Assembly: GCA_945861615.1 (NCBI GenBank)
Contig: CAMAVH010000004.1
Span: 1 to 52,782, forward strand
DNA: 52,782 nucleotides
Direction of reading: 5' to 3'
Source: Rhizobium sp. Q54
GTDB lineage: Bacteria > Pseudomonadota > Alphaproteobacteria > SMXQ01
Part shown: positions 30,634 to 43,951 of the stretch, piece after piece
Layout of the letters: each line of letters opens with the position of its first letter
Numbering within the stretch: the first letter of the stretch is position 1
Made by a program: the position numbers and the translations under genes
The notes under the pieces: generated by a model
Told to the model about the DNA's origin: nothing
Databases searched by the model: none
What the model saw: the letters and a program-made list of their open reading frames with translations, nothing else

Positions 30634-32895
30634 ATGCCTGCGCGTCAAGCCAGTTTCCCGGGCGTTTCCAACGCCGCCGGCCGTCTCGACGACGATGCGA
30701 CAAATGTCAAGCGCGTCAGCGTTTTGCTGCCCTTGCCGCTGGCCGGCGCCTACGATTATTTGGCGCCCGCCGACATCGCGGAACAGTTGACACCGGGCGC
30801 CATCGTTGCCGTGCCGCTCGGCAGCAAGGAACGCGTCGGCGTCATATGGGATCGCCCTGAAGAGTGCGCAAGCGGCGAGGAAGTGCCGCTGGCGAAATTG
30901 AAATTCGTCATCGGCCGGTTGCCCGCCGCGCCCTTGTCCGAGGTGCAGCGCAAATTCGTCGATTGGGTGGCGGGCTATACGCTGACGCCGCCCGGCGCCG
31001 TGCTCAAGATGGTACTCAGCGTACCTGATGCGTTGGATGCACCGACGCCGCTCATCGCCTATCGCCGCGCCGATGATTGGAACGACGAAGACATGCGCCT
31101 GACGCCGGCGCGCGCGCGCGTCATGAAAGTCTTGCAAGACGGCCCGCCGCGCGTGGCGAGCGAACTGGCGCGCGAAGCCGCCGTCGGCGCGTCGGTCATT
31201 CATGGCCTGGCCTCCGCCGGCGCGCTCGAACAAGTCACGCTGGAGCCGCCGTCGCCGTTCGGCGCGCCTGATCTCGCGCGGCCCTCGCCGGTCTTCTCGC
31301 CCGATCAAGGCGCGATCGCCGCCGATCTCGCGGCGAAAACGTCGGCGCGCGCCTATAGCGCGACGCTGCTCGACGGCGTCACCGGCTCGGGCAAAACCGA
31401 AGTCTATTTCGAGGCCATCGCCGCGGCCCTGAAGGAGGGCCGCCAGGCCCTGGTTTTGCTGCCGGAAATCGCTCTCTCGGCGCAATGGTTCGAGCGCTTC
31501 AAGGCGCGCTTCGGCGCCGCGCCGGCGGTCTGGCATTCGGAAGTCTCGCCGGCGCGGCGGCGCGCCACTTGGCGCGCGGCGGCGGACGGCTCGGCGCGCG
31601 TCATCGTCGGCGCGCGCTCGGCCTTGTTCCTGCCGTTCCACGATCTCGGCGTCATCATCGTCGACGAGGAGCATGACGGCTCGTTCAAGCAGGAAGAGGG
31701 CGTGCTCTATTCGGCGCGCGACATGGCGGTGGTACGCGCCCATCTCGGCGCGATCCCCGTCGTGCTCGTCTCGGCGACGCCGTCGCTCGAAAGCCTGGTG
31801 AACGCGCAAGGCGGGCGCTATGCCCATTTGCATCTGCCCGACCGCCATGGCGGCGCGCGCTTGCCCGACATCGAACTGATCGATCTGAGAAAAAATCCGC
31901 CGCCGCGCGGCCAGTGGCTGTCGCCGCTGCTGCAGGCGCGCCTGACGCAAACGCTGGAGAGCGGCGGGCAGGCCATGCTGTTCCTCAACCGGCGCGGCTA
32001 TGCGCCGCTCACCTTGTGCCGCACCTGCGGCCACCGCCTGCAATGCCCGAACTGCACCGCTTGGATGGTCGACCATCGCGGCCGCTCGCGTCTCGAATGC
32101 CACCATTGCGGCCATGTGATGAAGCTGCCGGAGAAATGTCCCTCTTGTAACGCCGACCATAGCTGGGCGGCCTGCGGCCCCGGCGTCGAGCGGTTGGCGG
32201 AGGAGGCCGCGATTCTCTTTCCCGACGCGCGCCGCGCCGTGATGGCGAGCGACACCCTGACCAGCGCCCAGGCCGCCGACGACTTGGTGCGCCAGGTGAC
32301 GGATCACGAGATCGACCTGCTGATCGGCACCCAGGTGGTCGCCAAGGGTCACCATTTTCCGGGCCTCACCCTGGTCGGCGTGGTCGATGCCGATTTGGGC
32401 CTGGCGGGCGGCGACCTGCGGGCTGGCGAGCGGACATTCCAATTGCTGACCCAGGTCTCGGGCCGCGCCGGCCGCGCCGACAAGCCGGGCCATGTCTGCC
32501 TGCAGACCTACGCCCCCGAGCATCCGGTGATGCAGGCCCTGGCCCAGGGCGCGCGCGACGCCTTCCTGGCGGCCGAGGCCGAATCGCGCGAAGCCGCGGG
32601 CATGCCGCCCTATGGCCGGCTGGCCGCCCTGATTCTGTCGGGGCCCGACGCGGCGGCGGTCGATGCCCATGCCCGCCGGCTCGCCCGAATCGCTCCCAAT
32701 GACCCCAATTTACGGGTTCTCGGCCCGGCGCCGGCCCCCATGAGCCTGCTGCGCGGCCGCCATCGCCGCCGCTTTTTGCTCCAGGCGCCGAAGAAATACG
32801 CCCTCCAGGCGGCGATTCGCCGCTGGCTGGCGGCAGCCCCGGAACCGGCCGCCGTGCGCGTCCAGGTCGACATGGACCCCTACAGCTTTTTCTAG
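30634..32895 (+). CDS. priA: Primosomal protein N'
   Basis: GVTGSGKTEVY, DEEHD, Cys-rich Zn region, QVSGRAGR; ATG 30634 or a later start. Confidence 0.96.
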   Translation: MPARQASFPGVSNAAGRLDDDATNVKRVSVLLPLPLAGAYDYLAPADIAEQLTPGAIVAVPLGSKERVGVIWDRPEECASGEEVPLAKLKFVIGRLPAAPLSEVQRKFVDWVAGYTLTPPGAVLKMVLSVPDALDAPTPLIAYRRADDWNDEDMRLTPARARVMKVLQDGPPRVASELAREAAVGASVIHGLASAGALEQVTLEPPSPFGAPDLARPSPVFSPDQGAIAADLAAKTSARAYSATLLDGVTGSGKTEVYFEAIAAALKEGRQALVLLPEIALSAQWFERFKARFGAAPAVWHSEVSPARRRATWRAAADGSARVIVGARSALFLPFHDLGVIIVDEEHDGSFKQEEGVLYSARDMAVVRAHLGAIPVVLVSATPSLESLVNAQGGRYAHLHLPDRHGGARLPDIELIDLRKNPPPRGQWLSPLLQARLTQTLESGGQAMLFLNRRGYAPLTLCRTCGHRLQCPNCTAWMVDHRGRSRLECHHCGHVMKLPEKCPSCNADHSWAACGPGVERLAEEAAILFPDARRAVMASDTLTSAQAADDLVRQVTDHEIDLLIGTQVVAKGHHFPGLTLVGVVDADLGLAGGDLRAGERTFQLLTQVSGRAGRADKPGHVCLQTYAPEHPVMQALAQGARDAFLAAEAESREAAGMPPYGRLAALILSGPDAAAVDAHARRLARIAPNDPNLRVLGPAPAPMSLLRGRHRRRFLLQAPKKYALQAAIRRWLAAAPEPAAVRVQVDMDPYSFF

Positions 32896-33175
32896 CCGAC
32901 TTTCGGGCTGGCTTCGGGGCCGGATCGGGCCTTTCGCGGGCCGTTCCCGCAACGATTTTTCCCTGGCAAAACCGATGGTTGGGAGTCTGGCGAAAGCCGG
33001 CTTCGCGCGGTTGCAACGCTGACGCCCCTATGGTAGCTAACGCACGCCCAAACGGACGGTCCATGGCGGCCGACGCGGTCCTCTGCTGAAGAGGGCGGCG
33101 CGCCCCACACCGACCGTTTCCCGGGCAACATCCCGCCGGCTGTGACCGCCGGCTCATTTCGGGAGCTTTTCCCAG

Positions 33176-33735
33176 GTGCCTTCCAAAACGACAGGCGCAG
33201 CCGGCGTCGCCGGGCGCTACGCCACCGCGTTGTTTGAGCTCGCCGAGCGCGATAAGGCGCTCGATGCGGTTGCGGCCGATCTGCGCGCCCTGCGCCAGAT
33301 GACCGTCGAAAGCGCCGATCTGCGCCGCCTCATCGTCTCGCCGGTCATCAGCCGCGACGAGCAGACCAAGGCCGTCACCACGCTCGCCGACAAGGCCGGC
33401 TTCAACGCCCTGACGCGCAACATTCTCGGCGTGCTCGCCAAGAATCGCCGCCTGTTCGCGCTCGATGCCGTGATTTCAGATTTTCTCGCCCGGCTGTCCG
33501 ACAGCCGCGGCGAAATGACCGCCGAGGTCACCTCCGCCGCCCCGCTCAGCGACAGCCAGCTCAAGGCCGTCGCCGAGGCGCTCCGTGCAGCCACGGGCGT
33601 CAAGGTGTCGGTCGAGACCAAGGTGGATGCTCGTCTCCTCGGCGGCCTCGTCGTGCGCGTCGGTTCGCGCATGGTCGATTCGTCGCTGCGTACCAAACTC
33701 CAGAAGCTTCAGCTCGCCATGAAAGGGATCGGGTA

Positions 33736-33736
<1 letters not shown>
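33176..33736 (+). CDS. atpH: ATP synthase F1 delta
   Basis: [27 protein letters not shown]; first gene of atp operon. Confidence 0.95.
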
Positions 33737-35265
<1,529 letters not shown>

Positions 35266-35293
35266 GCCAACTTAGGACGCCGAGCGCAAGCCG

Positions 35294-36193
35294 ATGGCCA
35301 GTCTCAAGGACCTCCGGGTCCGCATCAACAGCGTGAAGAACACGCGCAAGATCACCTCCGCCATGAAGATGGTGGCGGCGTCGAAGCTGCGTCGCGCCCA
35401 GGAGCAGGCCGAGGCCGCGCGGCCTTACGCCGAGCGCATGGAACGCATGTTGGGCTCGCTGGCGGCCGCCTTGGGCTCCGCCACCGGCGCGCCGGCGCTG
35501 CTGTCCGGCACCGGCAAGGACGACGTGCATCTCGTCGTCGTGTTGACCTCCGACCGCGGCCTGTGCGGCGGCTTCAACGGCTCGATCGTGCGTGGCGCGC
35601 GCGCGCATATCCGCAAGCTGCTCGCCGCCGGCAAGACGGTGAAGCTGCTGACCCTCGGTCGCAAGGGCCGCGATCAGCTCAAGGGCGAGTTCGCGCCTAT
35701 CATGTTCAAGGCCGTCGACGGCCTCGGCAAGCCGCGCCTGCGCTTCGAGGAAGGCGCCGACGTCGCGCGCCTGCTCGTCGACATGTACGCCGCCGGCGAA
35801 TTCGACGTCGCGACGCTGATCTACAATCGCTTCAAGTCGGCGATCGTCCAGGAGCTGACGGTTCAGCAGCTCATTCCGTTCCCGGTGCCGACGCTCTCTG
35901 CCGAGCAGCTCAGCGCGCCGACCAGCGCCGGCGTGCCGGCGGTCTATGAGTTCGAGCCGGACGAAACCGAAATTCTCGCCGAGCTGCTGCCGCGCAACCT
36001 CGCGGTGCAGGTGTTCCGCGCGATGCTGGAAAGCTTCGCCGGCGAGCAGGGCGCCCGCATGGCCGCGATGGACAACGCGACGCGCAACGCCGGCGACATG
36101 ATCAACAAGCTGACCCTCATCTACAACCGCACGCGTCAGGCCGTCATCACCCGCGAGATGATCGAAATCGTCTCCGGCGCCGAAGCCGTCTAA
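35294..36193 (+). CDS. atpG: ATP synthase F1 gamma
   Basis: [30 protein letters not shown]. Confidence 0.97.
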   Translation: MASLKDLRVRINSVKNTRKITSAMKMVAASKLRRAQEQAEAARPYAERMERMLGSLAAALGSATGAPALLSGTGKDDVHLVVVLTSDRGLCGGFNGSIVRGARAHIRKLLAAGKTVKLLTLGRKGRDQLKGEFAPIMFKAVDGLGKPRLRFEEGADVARLLVDMYAAGEFDVATLIYNRFKSAIVQELTVQQLIPFPVPTLSAEQLSAPTSAGVPAVYEFEPDETEILAELLPRNLAVQVFRAMLESFAGEQGARMAAMDNATRNAGDMINKLTLIYNRTRQAVITREMIEIVSGAEAV

Positions 36194-37696
<1,503 letters not shown>

Positions 37697-37717
37697 GGCG
37701 AGCGTAGGAACAGCAAG

Positions 37718-38140
37718 ATGGCGGACAGCAAGGTCACCTTCGAACTGGTGGCGCCCGAGCGGCTCCTGGTCTCGGCGGACGTCGACATGGTCGTCGTGCC
37801 CGGCACCGAGGGCGACTTCGGCGTGCTGCCGGGCCATGCCCCGCTGATCGCCGCCGTGCGCGCCGGCGTCATCGACATCTACGAAGGCGGCCTGGAGTCC
37901 AAGTCGATCACCCAGCGCATCTTCGTCGCCGGCGGCGTCGCCGAAGTGACCGAGACGCGCTGCACGGTGCTGGCCGAACAGGCCGCCCCGGTCGGCGATC
38001 TCAAGGCCGCCGACGCCCAGGCCCGCCTGGAGGCCGCCCGCAGCCGCGTCACCGAGGCGGGCGCCGACGAAATCGCCCGCGATCGCGCCCTCAAGGACGT
38101 GGCCATCGCCGAGGCCATGTTGGCGGCCATCGCCGCCTAA
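37718..38140 (+). CDS. atpC: ATP synthase F1 epsilon
   Basis: FELVAPER, GDFGVLPGHAP. Confidence 0.95.
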   Translation: MADSKVTFELVAPERLLVSADVDMVVVPGTEGDFGVLPGHAPLIAAVRAGVIDIYEGGLESKSITQRIFVAGGVAEVTETRCTVLAEQAAPVGDLKAADAQARLEAARSRVTEAGADEIARDRALKDVAIAEAMLAAIAA

Positions 38141-38353
38141 AAGGCGCCGATTTCCCGGTAGCGGCGAACTTTTGCCGCTTCCCATCGTTCTGTACTGAAT
38201 CAAGGCTCTGCGACTTTCGTCATAGAACGAGGGTCGGGGGCCTTGGTTTTATTCCCAATTCGCCCTGGTCAAAGCCGCGGCGCTCTCCATATACTTTTAT
38301 GACAGAGAGGCGACGGCCTCTCGCCGTGACGCGTAGGAGCATCGACGACCGCC

Positions 38354-39166
38354 ATGAAACATTGGACAGCCGACGATATCCCCTGGGACCGCTTCGATGC
38401 CGCGAAGGTCGATCCCGACATCCTCAAGATCGTCAAGGCGGCGAGCATGGTCGAGAAGAACGGCGACGATTATGCCGTCTATCTCTGCAATGTCTTCTCC
38501 GACGATGCCGAGTTTCAGAGCGTGGCGCGCAAATGGGCCGAGGAAGAGGTTCAGCATGGCGACGTGCTCGGCCGCTGGGCCGAGATGGCCGACCGCTCGT
38601 TCGACTTTCCCGCCTGCTTCAAATCCTTCACCGATGGCTACAAGCTGCCGCTCGACGCGACCAAGTCGGTGCGCGGCTCGCGCGCCGGCGAACTGGTCGC
38701 GCGCTGCATCGTCGAGGTCGGCACCAGCTCCTACTACACAGCGCTCGGCGCGGCGACCGAAGAGCCGGTGCTGAAAGCGATCTGCCAGCGCATCGCGGCG
38801 GACGAGCTGCGCCACTACAAACTGTTCTACACGCATCTGCGCGAATATCTCGACCGCGAGGATCTCAACCAGTGGCAGCGCCTGAAAGTCGCGCTCAGCC
38901 GCATGGTCGAGACCGAGGATGACGAATTGGCCTACGCCTATTACGCCGCCAACGGCGATGGCGAGGCCTATGACCGCGAGCGCTGGGCGCGCGAATATAT
39001 GCGCCGCGCCATGCGGTTTTATAAGCCGAACACGGTCGACCGGGCCGTCGCCATGACCCTGAAAGCCGCCGGCTTCAAGGGCAACGGCTGGCTGCATCGC
39101 TGCGTCAGTACGGTGGCTTGGCGTTTCGTCAGCTACCGCCAGAAGAAGCTCGCCGCGGCGGCGTAA
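38354..39166 (+). CDS. Ferritin-like di-iron protein (acyl-ACP desaturase-like)
   Basis: Two ExxH motifs (WAEEEVQH, IAADELRH) plus Glu in 'SMVE' and 'CIVE'; AGGAG RBS. Confidence 0.8.
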   Translation: MKHWTADDIPWDRFDAAKVDPDILKIVKAASMVEKNGDDYAVYLCNVFSDDAEFQSVARKWAEEEVQHGDVLGRWAEMADRSFDFPACFKSFTDGYKLPLDATKSVRGSRAGELVARCIVEVGTSSYYTALGAATEEPVLKAICQRIAADELRHYKLFYTHLREYLDREDLNQWQRLKVALSRMVETEDDELAYAYYAANGDGEAYDRERWAREYMRRAMRFYKPNTVDRAVAMTLKAAGFKGNGWLHRCVSTVAWRFVSYRQKKLAAAA

Positions 39167-39189
39167 AGCCGTGACCTTAAATCTTTGAT

Positions 39190-39302
39190 CGTCATTGCCC
39201 GGCTTGACCGGGCAATCCATTCATCCGCTTGTCCGATGTCTAGAGGGACCGGATCGGTCGAAGGCCGACCTTCGGTCGGCGCGGCCAAGCCCGAGGATGA
39301 CG
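39190..39302. repeat. REP/RIME-like palindromic element with internal extra hairpin
   Basis: CGTCATTGCCCGGCTTGACCGGGCAATCCAT...CAAGCCCGAGGATGACG; same family as 12378-12465. Confidence 0.75.
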
Positions 39303-39315
39303 AGTTAGGTGCGCG

Positions 39316-39834
39316 CTACCGCGCGCCGCTCTCCGCCGCGATGCGTTCGGCATAGGGCGCGAACTCGGCGACCAGCTTTTCGTAGAGCCCGCGCTTGAAG
39401 GGCACGATCAGTTCGGGCAGCTGCGCCACCGGCGCCCATTTCCAGGCGAGAAACTCCGGCTCCTCGGTCAGGATATTGATGTCGCGGTCGCGCCCGGTGA
39501 AGCGCATGACGAACCATTTCTGGCGCTGGCCGCGATAGCGCCCGCCCCAGATCTTGCCGAGCAATTCGGGCGGCAAGTCGTAATCATGCCAGGTCACGCT
39601 CTCGCCGAGGATCTCCGCCTTGTCGGTGCCGATCTCCTCGCGCATCTCGCGAAACACCGCCACCTCGGGCGCTTCGCCCTCGTCGATGCCGCCTTGCGGC
39701 ATCTGCCAGGCTTCCGACGGCATGTCGATGCGCCGGGCGACGAAGGCCTCGCCGCGCGCGTTGAGCAGCATGACCCCGACGCAGGACCGGTAGGGGAGAT
39801 GGGCGAATTCGGGCGGCAGCGGCGTCGCGGTCAT
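39316..39834 (-). CDS. rppH: RNA pyrophosphohydrolase
   Basis: YRSCVG, WQMPQGGIDEGE...REMREEIG Nudix box, RGQRQKWF. Confidence 0.93.
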   Translation of the reverse strand: MTATPLPPEFAHLPYRSCVGVMLLNARGEAFVARRIDMPSEAWQMPQGGIDEGEAPEVAVFREMREEIGTDKAEILGESVTWHDYDLPPELLGKIWGGRYRGQRQKWFVMRFTGRDRDINILTEEPEFLAWKWAPVAQLPELIVPFKRGLYEKLVAEFAPYAERIAAESGAR

Positions 39835-39867
39835 GCTCTCGATCCTTCCGGCGCGCATCTGCGCCGC

Positions 39868-41073
39868 TTAATATTTCTGGCGGTCGACCACGGCGCTGAC
39901 CGGCGCCAACGCGATGCCCTTTTCCTCGAGCTGCTGCACCCATTGGGTGACGCGCTCGATCGTCACCGGATATGGCGCGCCGATGCCGACCGCGACGCCT
40001 TCGCTGCGCGCGATCTGCTCCAGCTCTTCCAGGCGCTTGTCGATCTCGGGCCGCGCCGCCTTGGTGTCGATGAAGCGGTTGTTCACGGCGCGCGGCAGTT
40101 TGATCTCGCCCGCCATCTTGCCGGCGACGCTGTTCAGGCTGGACCGCGAGTCAACGAACAGCAGGCCGCGTTTGTTCAATTCGTCGAGCACCGGCTTGAG
40201 CGGTCCGGCCTCGGTGGTGAAGCGCGAGCCCATCAGGTTGACGACGCCGGAATAGCCGGCAAAGCGCGACATCAGCCAGGTCAGCCGCGCCCGGTTCTCG
40301 GCCTCCGACAGCGAGACGAGCAGGGTGTGCGGGCCGGGATCGTTGGCGGGATAGCCGACCGGTTCCATCGGCAGGGTGAGCAACACCTCATGGCCGGCGG
40401 CGCGCGACAGATCGACCCATTGCGCCAGATTGCGCGCGTAGGCGGTGTAGGCGAGCGTGACCGCGCCGGGCAGGCGCTGGATCGCCGCTTCGGTCGCCGC
40501 CGACGATTGGCCGAGACCGCCGATGATGAGCGCGATGCGCGGCCGCTTGTCGGCCGGGTCGAACGGCCGGCCATAGACCTGCCAAGGCTTGCGGCCGTCG
40601 GCACCGATCTTGGGCAGGAGGCCCTCGGCGGTGCGTTCGATCAGGCCCTGGTCCGGCACCGGAGCAAGCCCGTCGATCTTCGGGAAGGGCACGCGCGTCT
40701 CCGGCGTCGCCATCGACGGCGGCGCCGGGATCGGCGCCGTCGGCGGCGTGGGCGCCGTGGCGGGCGGCAGGGCGGCCTCGTCCTGCGGCGCGGGGCTGGC
40801 AGGCGGCGCGATCTCGTCGGGAACGGCCGGCGGCGGCGGCAGGGCGGGCGCGGTCGCCGGCGGGGCGATGGCGATGGTGACTTCCCCATCGTCCGGCGCC
40901 GGCGGCGGATGGAGGGCGAGCCAGCCGACCAGGCCGGCTGCCCCGGCGAGCAGGAGGACGCCGACGATCAGCGCGGAGCGCAAGCCCCAGGACCGGCCCG
41001 CGCGCGGCGGCGGACGGCGGCGAAGGGGTGGGCGGGGCCCGCTGGCGGGGGCGTCGAAGTTAGGCTCGCTCAT
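39868..41073 (-). CDS. Divergent polysaccharide deacetylase (YibQ-like)
   Basis: N-terminal TM, Pro-rich linker, GHEVLLTLPMEP, NLMGSRFT, FVDSR; adjacent to ctpA/envC. Confidence 0.85.
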   Translation of the reverse strand: MSEPNFDAPASGPRPPLRRRPPPRAGRSWGLRSALIVGVLLLAGAAGLVGWLALHPPPAPDDGEVTIAIAPPATAPALPPPPAVPDEIAPPASPAPQDEAALPPATAPTPPTAPIPAPPSMATPETRVPFPKIDGLAPVPDQGLIERTAEGLLPKIGADGRKPWQVYGRPFDPADKRPRIALIIGGLGQSSAATEAAIQRLPGAVTLAYTAYARNLAQWVDLSRAAGHEVLLTLPMEPVGYPANDPGPHTLLVSLSEAENRARLTWLMSRFAGYSGVVNLMGSRFTTEAGPLKPVLDELNKRGLLFVDSRSSLNSVAGKMAGEIKLPRAVNNRFIDTKAARPEIDKRLEELEQIARSEGVAVGIGAPYPVTIERVTQWVQQLEEKGIALAPVSAVVDRQKY

Positions 41074-41135
41074 CGCATACCTTGCAGATGCGCTCCGCCG
41101 GACGCTGGCGCGTCCGGCGAGTCATTGCCGGCCGA

Positions 41136-42506
41136 TTACGGCGTCGGCTTGCTGTTATAGAGCGTGATGCCACGCAGCACGTCGATGGCGCGGGTCAGCT
41201 GATAGTCCTGCACTTCGGCGGCGACGGCGGCGGCATTCTCGCCGTTGCTGCCGTTGGTGGGAGTGACTGGCGTCGACGGACCGGCCGGCGCTGCCGGCGC
41301 GTTCGGATTGCGCAGCGCGCCGCGCAAGTCGGCTTCGCGCTGACGGCCGCCTTCGCTGACCGCTTCGAGGCGCAGCTGCTCGACCTGGATGTCCGGCTCG
41401 ATGCCGAGCGCCTGGATCGAGCGGCCCGACGGCGTGTAATAGCGCGCCGTCGTCAGCCGCATGGCGCCGTGGCCGGGCAGCGGGATGATCGTCTGGACCG
41501 AGCCCTTGCCGAAGGATTTGGTGCCCATGATGATGCCGCGGCGATGGTCCTGCAGAGCGCCGGCGACGATTTCGGAGGCCGAGGCGGAGCCGGAGTTGAT
41601 CAGCACGATCAGCGGCAGGCCCTTGGCGAGATCGCCGGGACGCGCGTTGAAGCGTTGCGCATCGTCGGCGCGGCGCGTGCGGGTCGAGACGATTTCGCCT
41701 TTTTCCAGGAAGCTGTCGGACACCGCGACGGCCTGATCGAGCAAGCCGCCCGGGTTGTTGCGCAGATCGAGGATGACGCCGCGCATCTTGCCCTTGCTGT
41801 CGGCCTGCAGCTTTTCGATGGCCTTGGTCAAGCCGGCGTTGGTCTGCTCGCTGAACGAAGTGATGCGGACATAGCCGATGTCCTCGCCCTCGATGCGCGA
41901 ACGCACCGACTGCACGGTGATGATGGCGCGCTGCAGCGTAACGTCGAACGGTTCGCGGGTGCCGCGGCGGATCGACAGCTTGATCGAGCTATTGACCGGC
42001 CCGCGCATCTTTTCGACGGCTTCCTGCAGGCTGAGGCCGACGACCTGCTCGCCGTCGATGGCGACGATGAGATCGTTCGGTTGCAGGCCGGCGCGCGCCG
42101 CCGGCGTGTCGTCGATCGGCGAGACGACCTTCACCAGGCCGTTCTCTTGCGTCACTTCGATGCCGAGGCCGCCGAACTCGCCGCGCGTCTGCACCTGCAT
42201 GTCGCGGAAACTTTTTTCATTGAGGTAGCCGGAGTGCGGATCGAGCGCGCTGAGCATGCCGTTGAGGGCGTTCTCGACCAGATCCTTGTCGTCGGTCGGC
42301 TCGACATAGTCCGAGCGCACGCGCTCGAAGACTTCGCCGAACAGGTTGAGCTGCTGGTAGGTGTCGGCGTTTTTCGCCGGCGCGCCGGCGCTCGGGCCGC
42401 GCGAGGATTGGGCGCCGGCGAGGCCGACGAACGGCAACGGGCCGTTGAGAAGCGCACCGACCGCCGCGGCGGACAACAGAGCCGCAACCATATACTTCGT
42501 TTTCAT
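41136..42506 (-). CDS. ctpA: Carboxyl-terminal processing protease (S41)
   Basis: LDPHS, PDZ GGLGIEV, DLRNNPGG, SASASEI, FGKGSVQ. Confidence 0.93.
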   Translation of the reverse strand: MKTKYMVAALLSAAAVGALLNGPLPFVGLAGAQSSRGPSAGAPAKNADTYQQLNLFGEVFERVRSDYVEPTDDKDLVENALNGMLSALDPHSGYLNEKSFRDMQVQTRGEFGGLGIEVTQENGLVKVVSPIDDTPAARAGLQPNDLIVAIDGEQVVGLSLQEAVEKMRGPVNSSIKLSIRRGTREPFDVTLQRAIITVQSVRSRIEGEDIGYVRITSFSEQTNAGLTKAIEKLQADSKGKMRGVILDLRNNPGGLLDQAVAVSDSFLEKGEIVSTRTRRADDAQRFNARPGDLAKGLPLIVLINSGSASASEIVAGALQDHRRGIIMGTKSFGKGSVQTIIPLPGHGAMRLTTARYYTPSGRSIQALGIEPDIQVEQLRLEAVSEGGRQREADLRGALRNPNAPAAPAGPSTPVTPTNGSNGENAAAVAAEVQDYQLTRAIDVLRGITLYNSKPTP

Positions 42507-43945
42507 CCGCTAACCTTACCAGTGAGTGTGCGCGTCGGGGCGGCGAGCCATGGGAGAGGATTGACCGGCCGGTTGTTCTGCCGCAGTTCCAAGTAGAGCC
42601 GCGGGTTGCCATCGGTCGGCCGGGCCATGACGCCCACCGGCTCGCCCGCCAGCAACGTCTGGTTGACGGCGCTGTCGATGCGCTCCAACCCCGCCAAAAG
42701 ACTATGGTATCCCCCGCCATGCTCGATGATCAAGAGAAGCCCGTAATCGCGGAAGGGTCCGGCGAAAACGACCTGCCCATCATAGGGCGCGATGACCTGG
42801 GCGCCGGGCCCCGTCTGGATGGTGATGCCGCGCGTTTCGCTCGACCCATCGCGTTCGCCGAAGCCGATCACCACCCGCCCTTGGGCCGGAAAGGCGAGGC
42901 TGCCCTGGGATTGGGCGAAGGGCCGCGCCGGCCGCATGGTCGAGAGCGCCGCCACTTCACTGGAAGTTGATGACCGGGCCGCGGTCGGACGGGCAGGGGC
43001 GGGTTCGGGGGCCGGTGGGGATGTGGATTCGGGGGCGATCTCGGCCTGCTGCTGACCGCTCTGGGCAGCCCGGGCGCGGGCTTCGGCCTGGGCCTTGGCG
43101 CGCGCTTCGGCCGCCGCCTTGGCCTGGGCTTGTGCCCGGGCGCGGGCTTGCGCTTCGGCGCGGGCGCGCTCTTCGGCCGCCTTGCGTTCGGCCTCCAGGC
43201 GGGCTTTGCGTTCCGCCTCGATGCGCACCATCAGTTCGCGCAGGTCACCGGCTTCCTCGGCGAGTTTCTTGGCGGTGGCGGCGGCGCGCTCGCGTTCGGC
43301 ACGGGTCTGGGTTTCCAGCGAGGCTTTCTTGGCGAGCAGCTGGCCGAGCCGGGCGCGCTCTTCGCCGAGCGCCTTGGCCTGGGCTTCCTGAGCGCGGCGG
43401 CGCTCGTTGATCTCCTCGCGCAGGTCGGCGAGGGCGCGGATCTCGCCGCGCAGGGCATTGGCCTGTTTTTCCAGTTCCGGCACCGCGTTGCGCAGCAGGA
43501 TGGCGCTGCGCAACGTGTCGGTCGGCGCGGCGGGCAGCGCGATCATCGCTTCGGGCGGCAGGCGGGCGAGCCGCTCGAGCGCGCCGAGCAGCTCGCTCAA
43601 GCGCTCGCGCTTGCCGACCAGGGCGGCGGATTTCTCGCGCTCTTCGGCGTTCAGGGCGGCCAGGGTCTGGGAAATTTCGGCGAGCGCTTGCTCATGACCT
43701 TGCGCCGTGCGTGCGGCCTTGATCAGTTCGCCGCGCATCTCGGCGACTTCCTCGGCGAGCGCGCCGGCTTTTTCCTGCAGGCTGCTGTCCTGCTTGCGGC
43801 TTTCGGCGAGCGCGCGCTCGATGTCCTTGAGGCGGTCGTTGACCACGTCGGTGCGCGCCGGCGGCGGCTCGACGGCCGCTTGCGCGGGCGCGCAGAGCAG
43901 CCCCGTCGTCAGCGACAGCAGGGCGAGAGCGACGGCGCGGTTCAA
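42503..43945 (-). CDS. envC: Murein hydrolase activator EnvC (coiled coil + degenerate M23)
   Basis: Signal peptide, long coiled coil, M23 fold (IIEHGGGY, LYLELR) lacking Zn ligands. Confidence 0.85.
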   Translation of the reverse strand: MNRAVALALLSLTTGLLCAPAQAAVEPPPARTDVVNDRLKDIERALAESRKQDSSLQEKAGALAEEVAEMRGELIKAARTAQGHEQALAEISQTLAALNAEEREKSAALVGKRERLSELLGALERLARLPPEAMIALPAAPTDTLRSAILLRNAVPELEKQANALRGEIRALADLREEINERRRAQEAQAKALGEERARLGQLLAKKASLETQTRAERERAAATAKKLAEEAGDLRELMVRIEAERKARLEAERKAAEERARAEAQARARAQAQAKAAAEARAKAQAEARARAAQSGQQQAEIAPESTSPPAPEPAPARPTAARSSTSSEVAALSTMRPARPFAQSQGSLAFPAQGRVVIGFGERDGSSETRGITIQTGPGAQVIAPYDGQVVFAGPFRDYGLLLIIEHGGGYHSLLAGLERIDSAVNQTLLAGEPVGVMARPTDGNPRLYLELRQNNRPVNPLPWLAAPTRTLTGKVSG

Positions 43946-43951
43946 AGGGGG

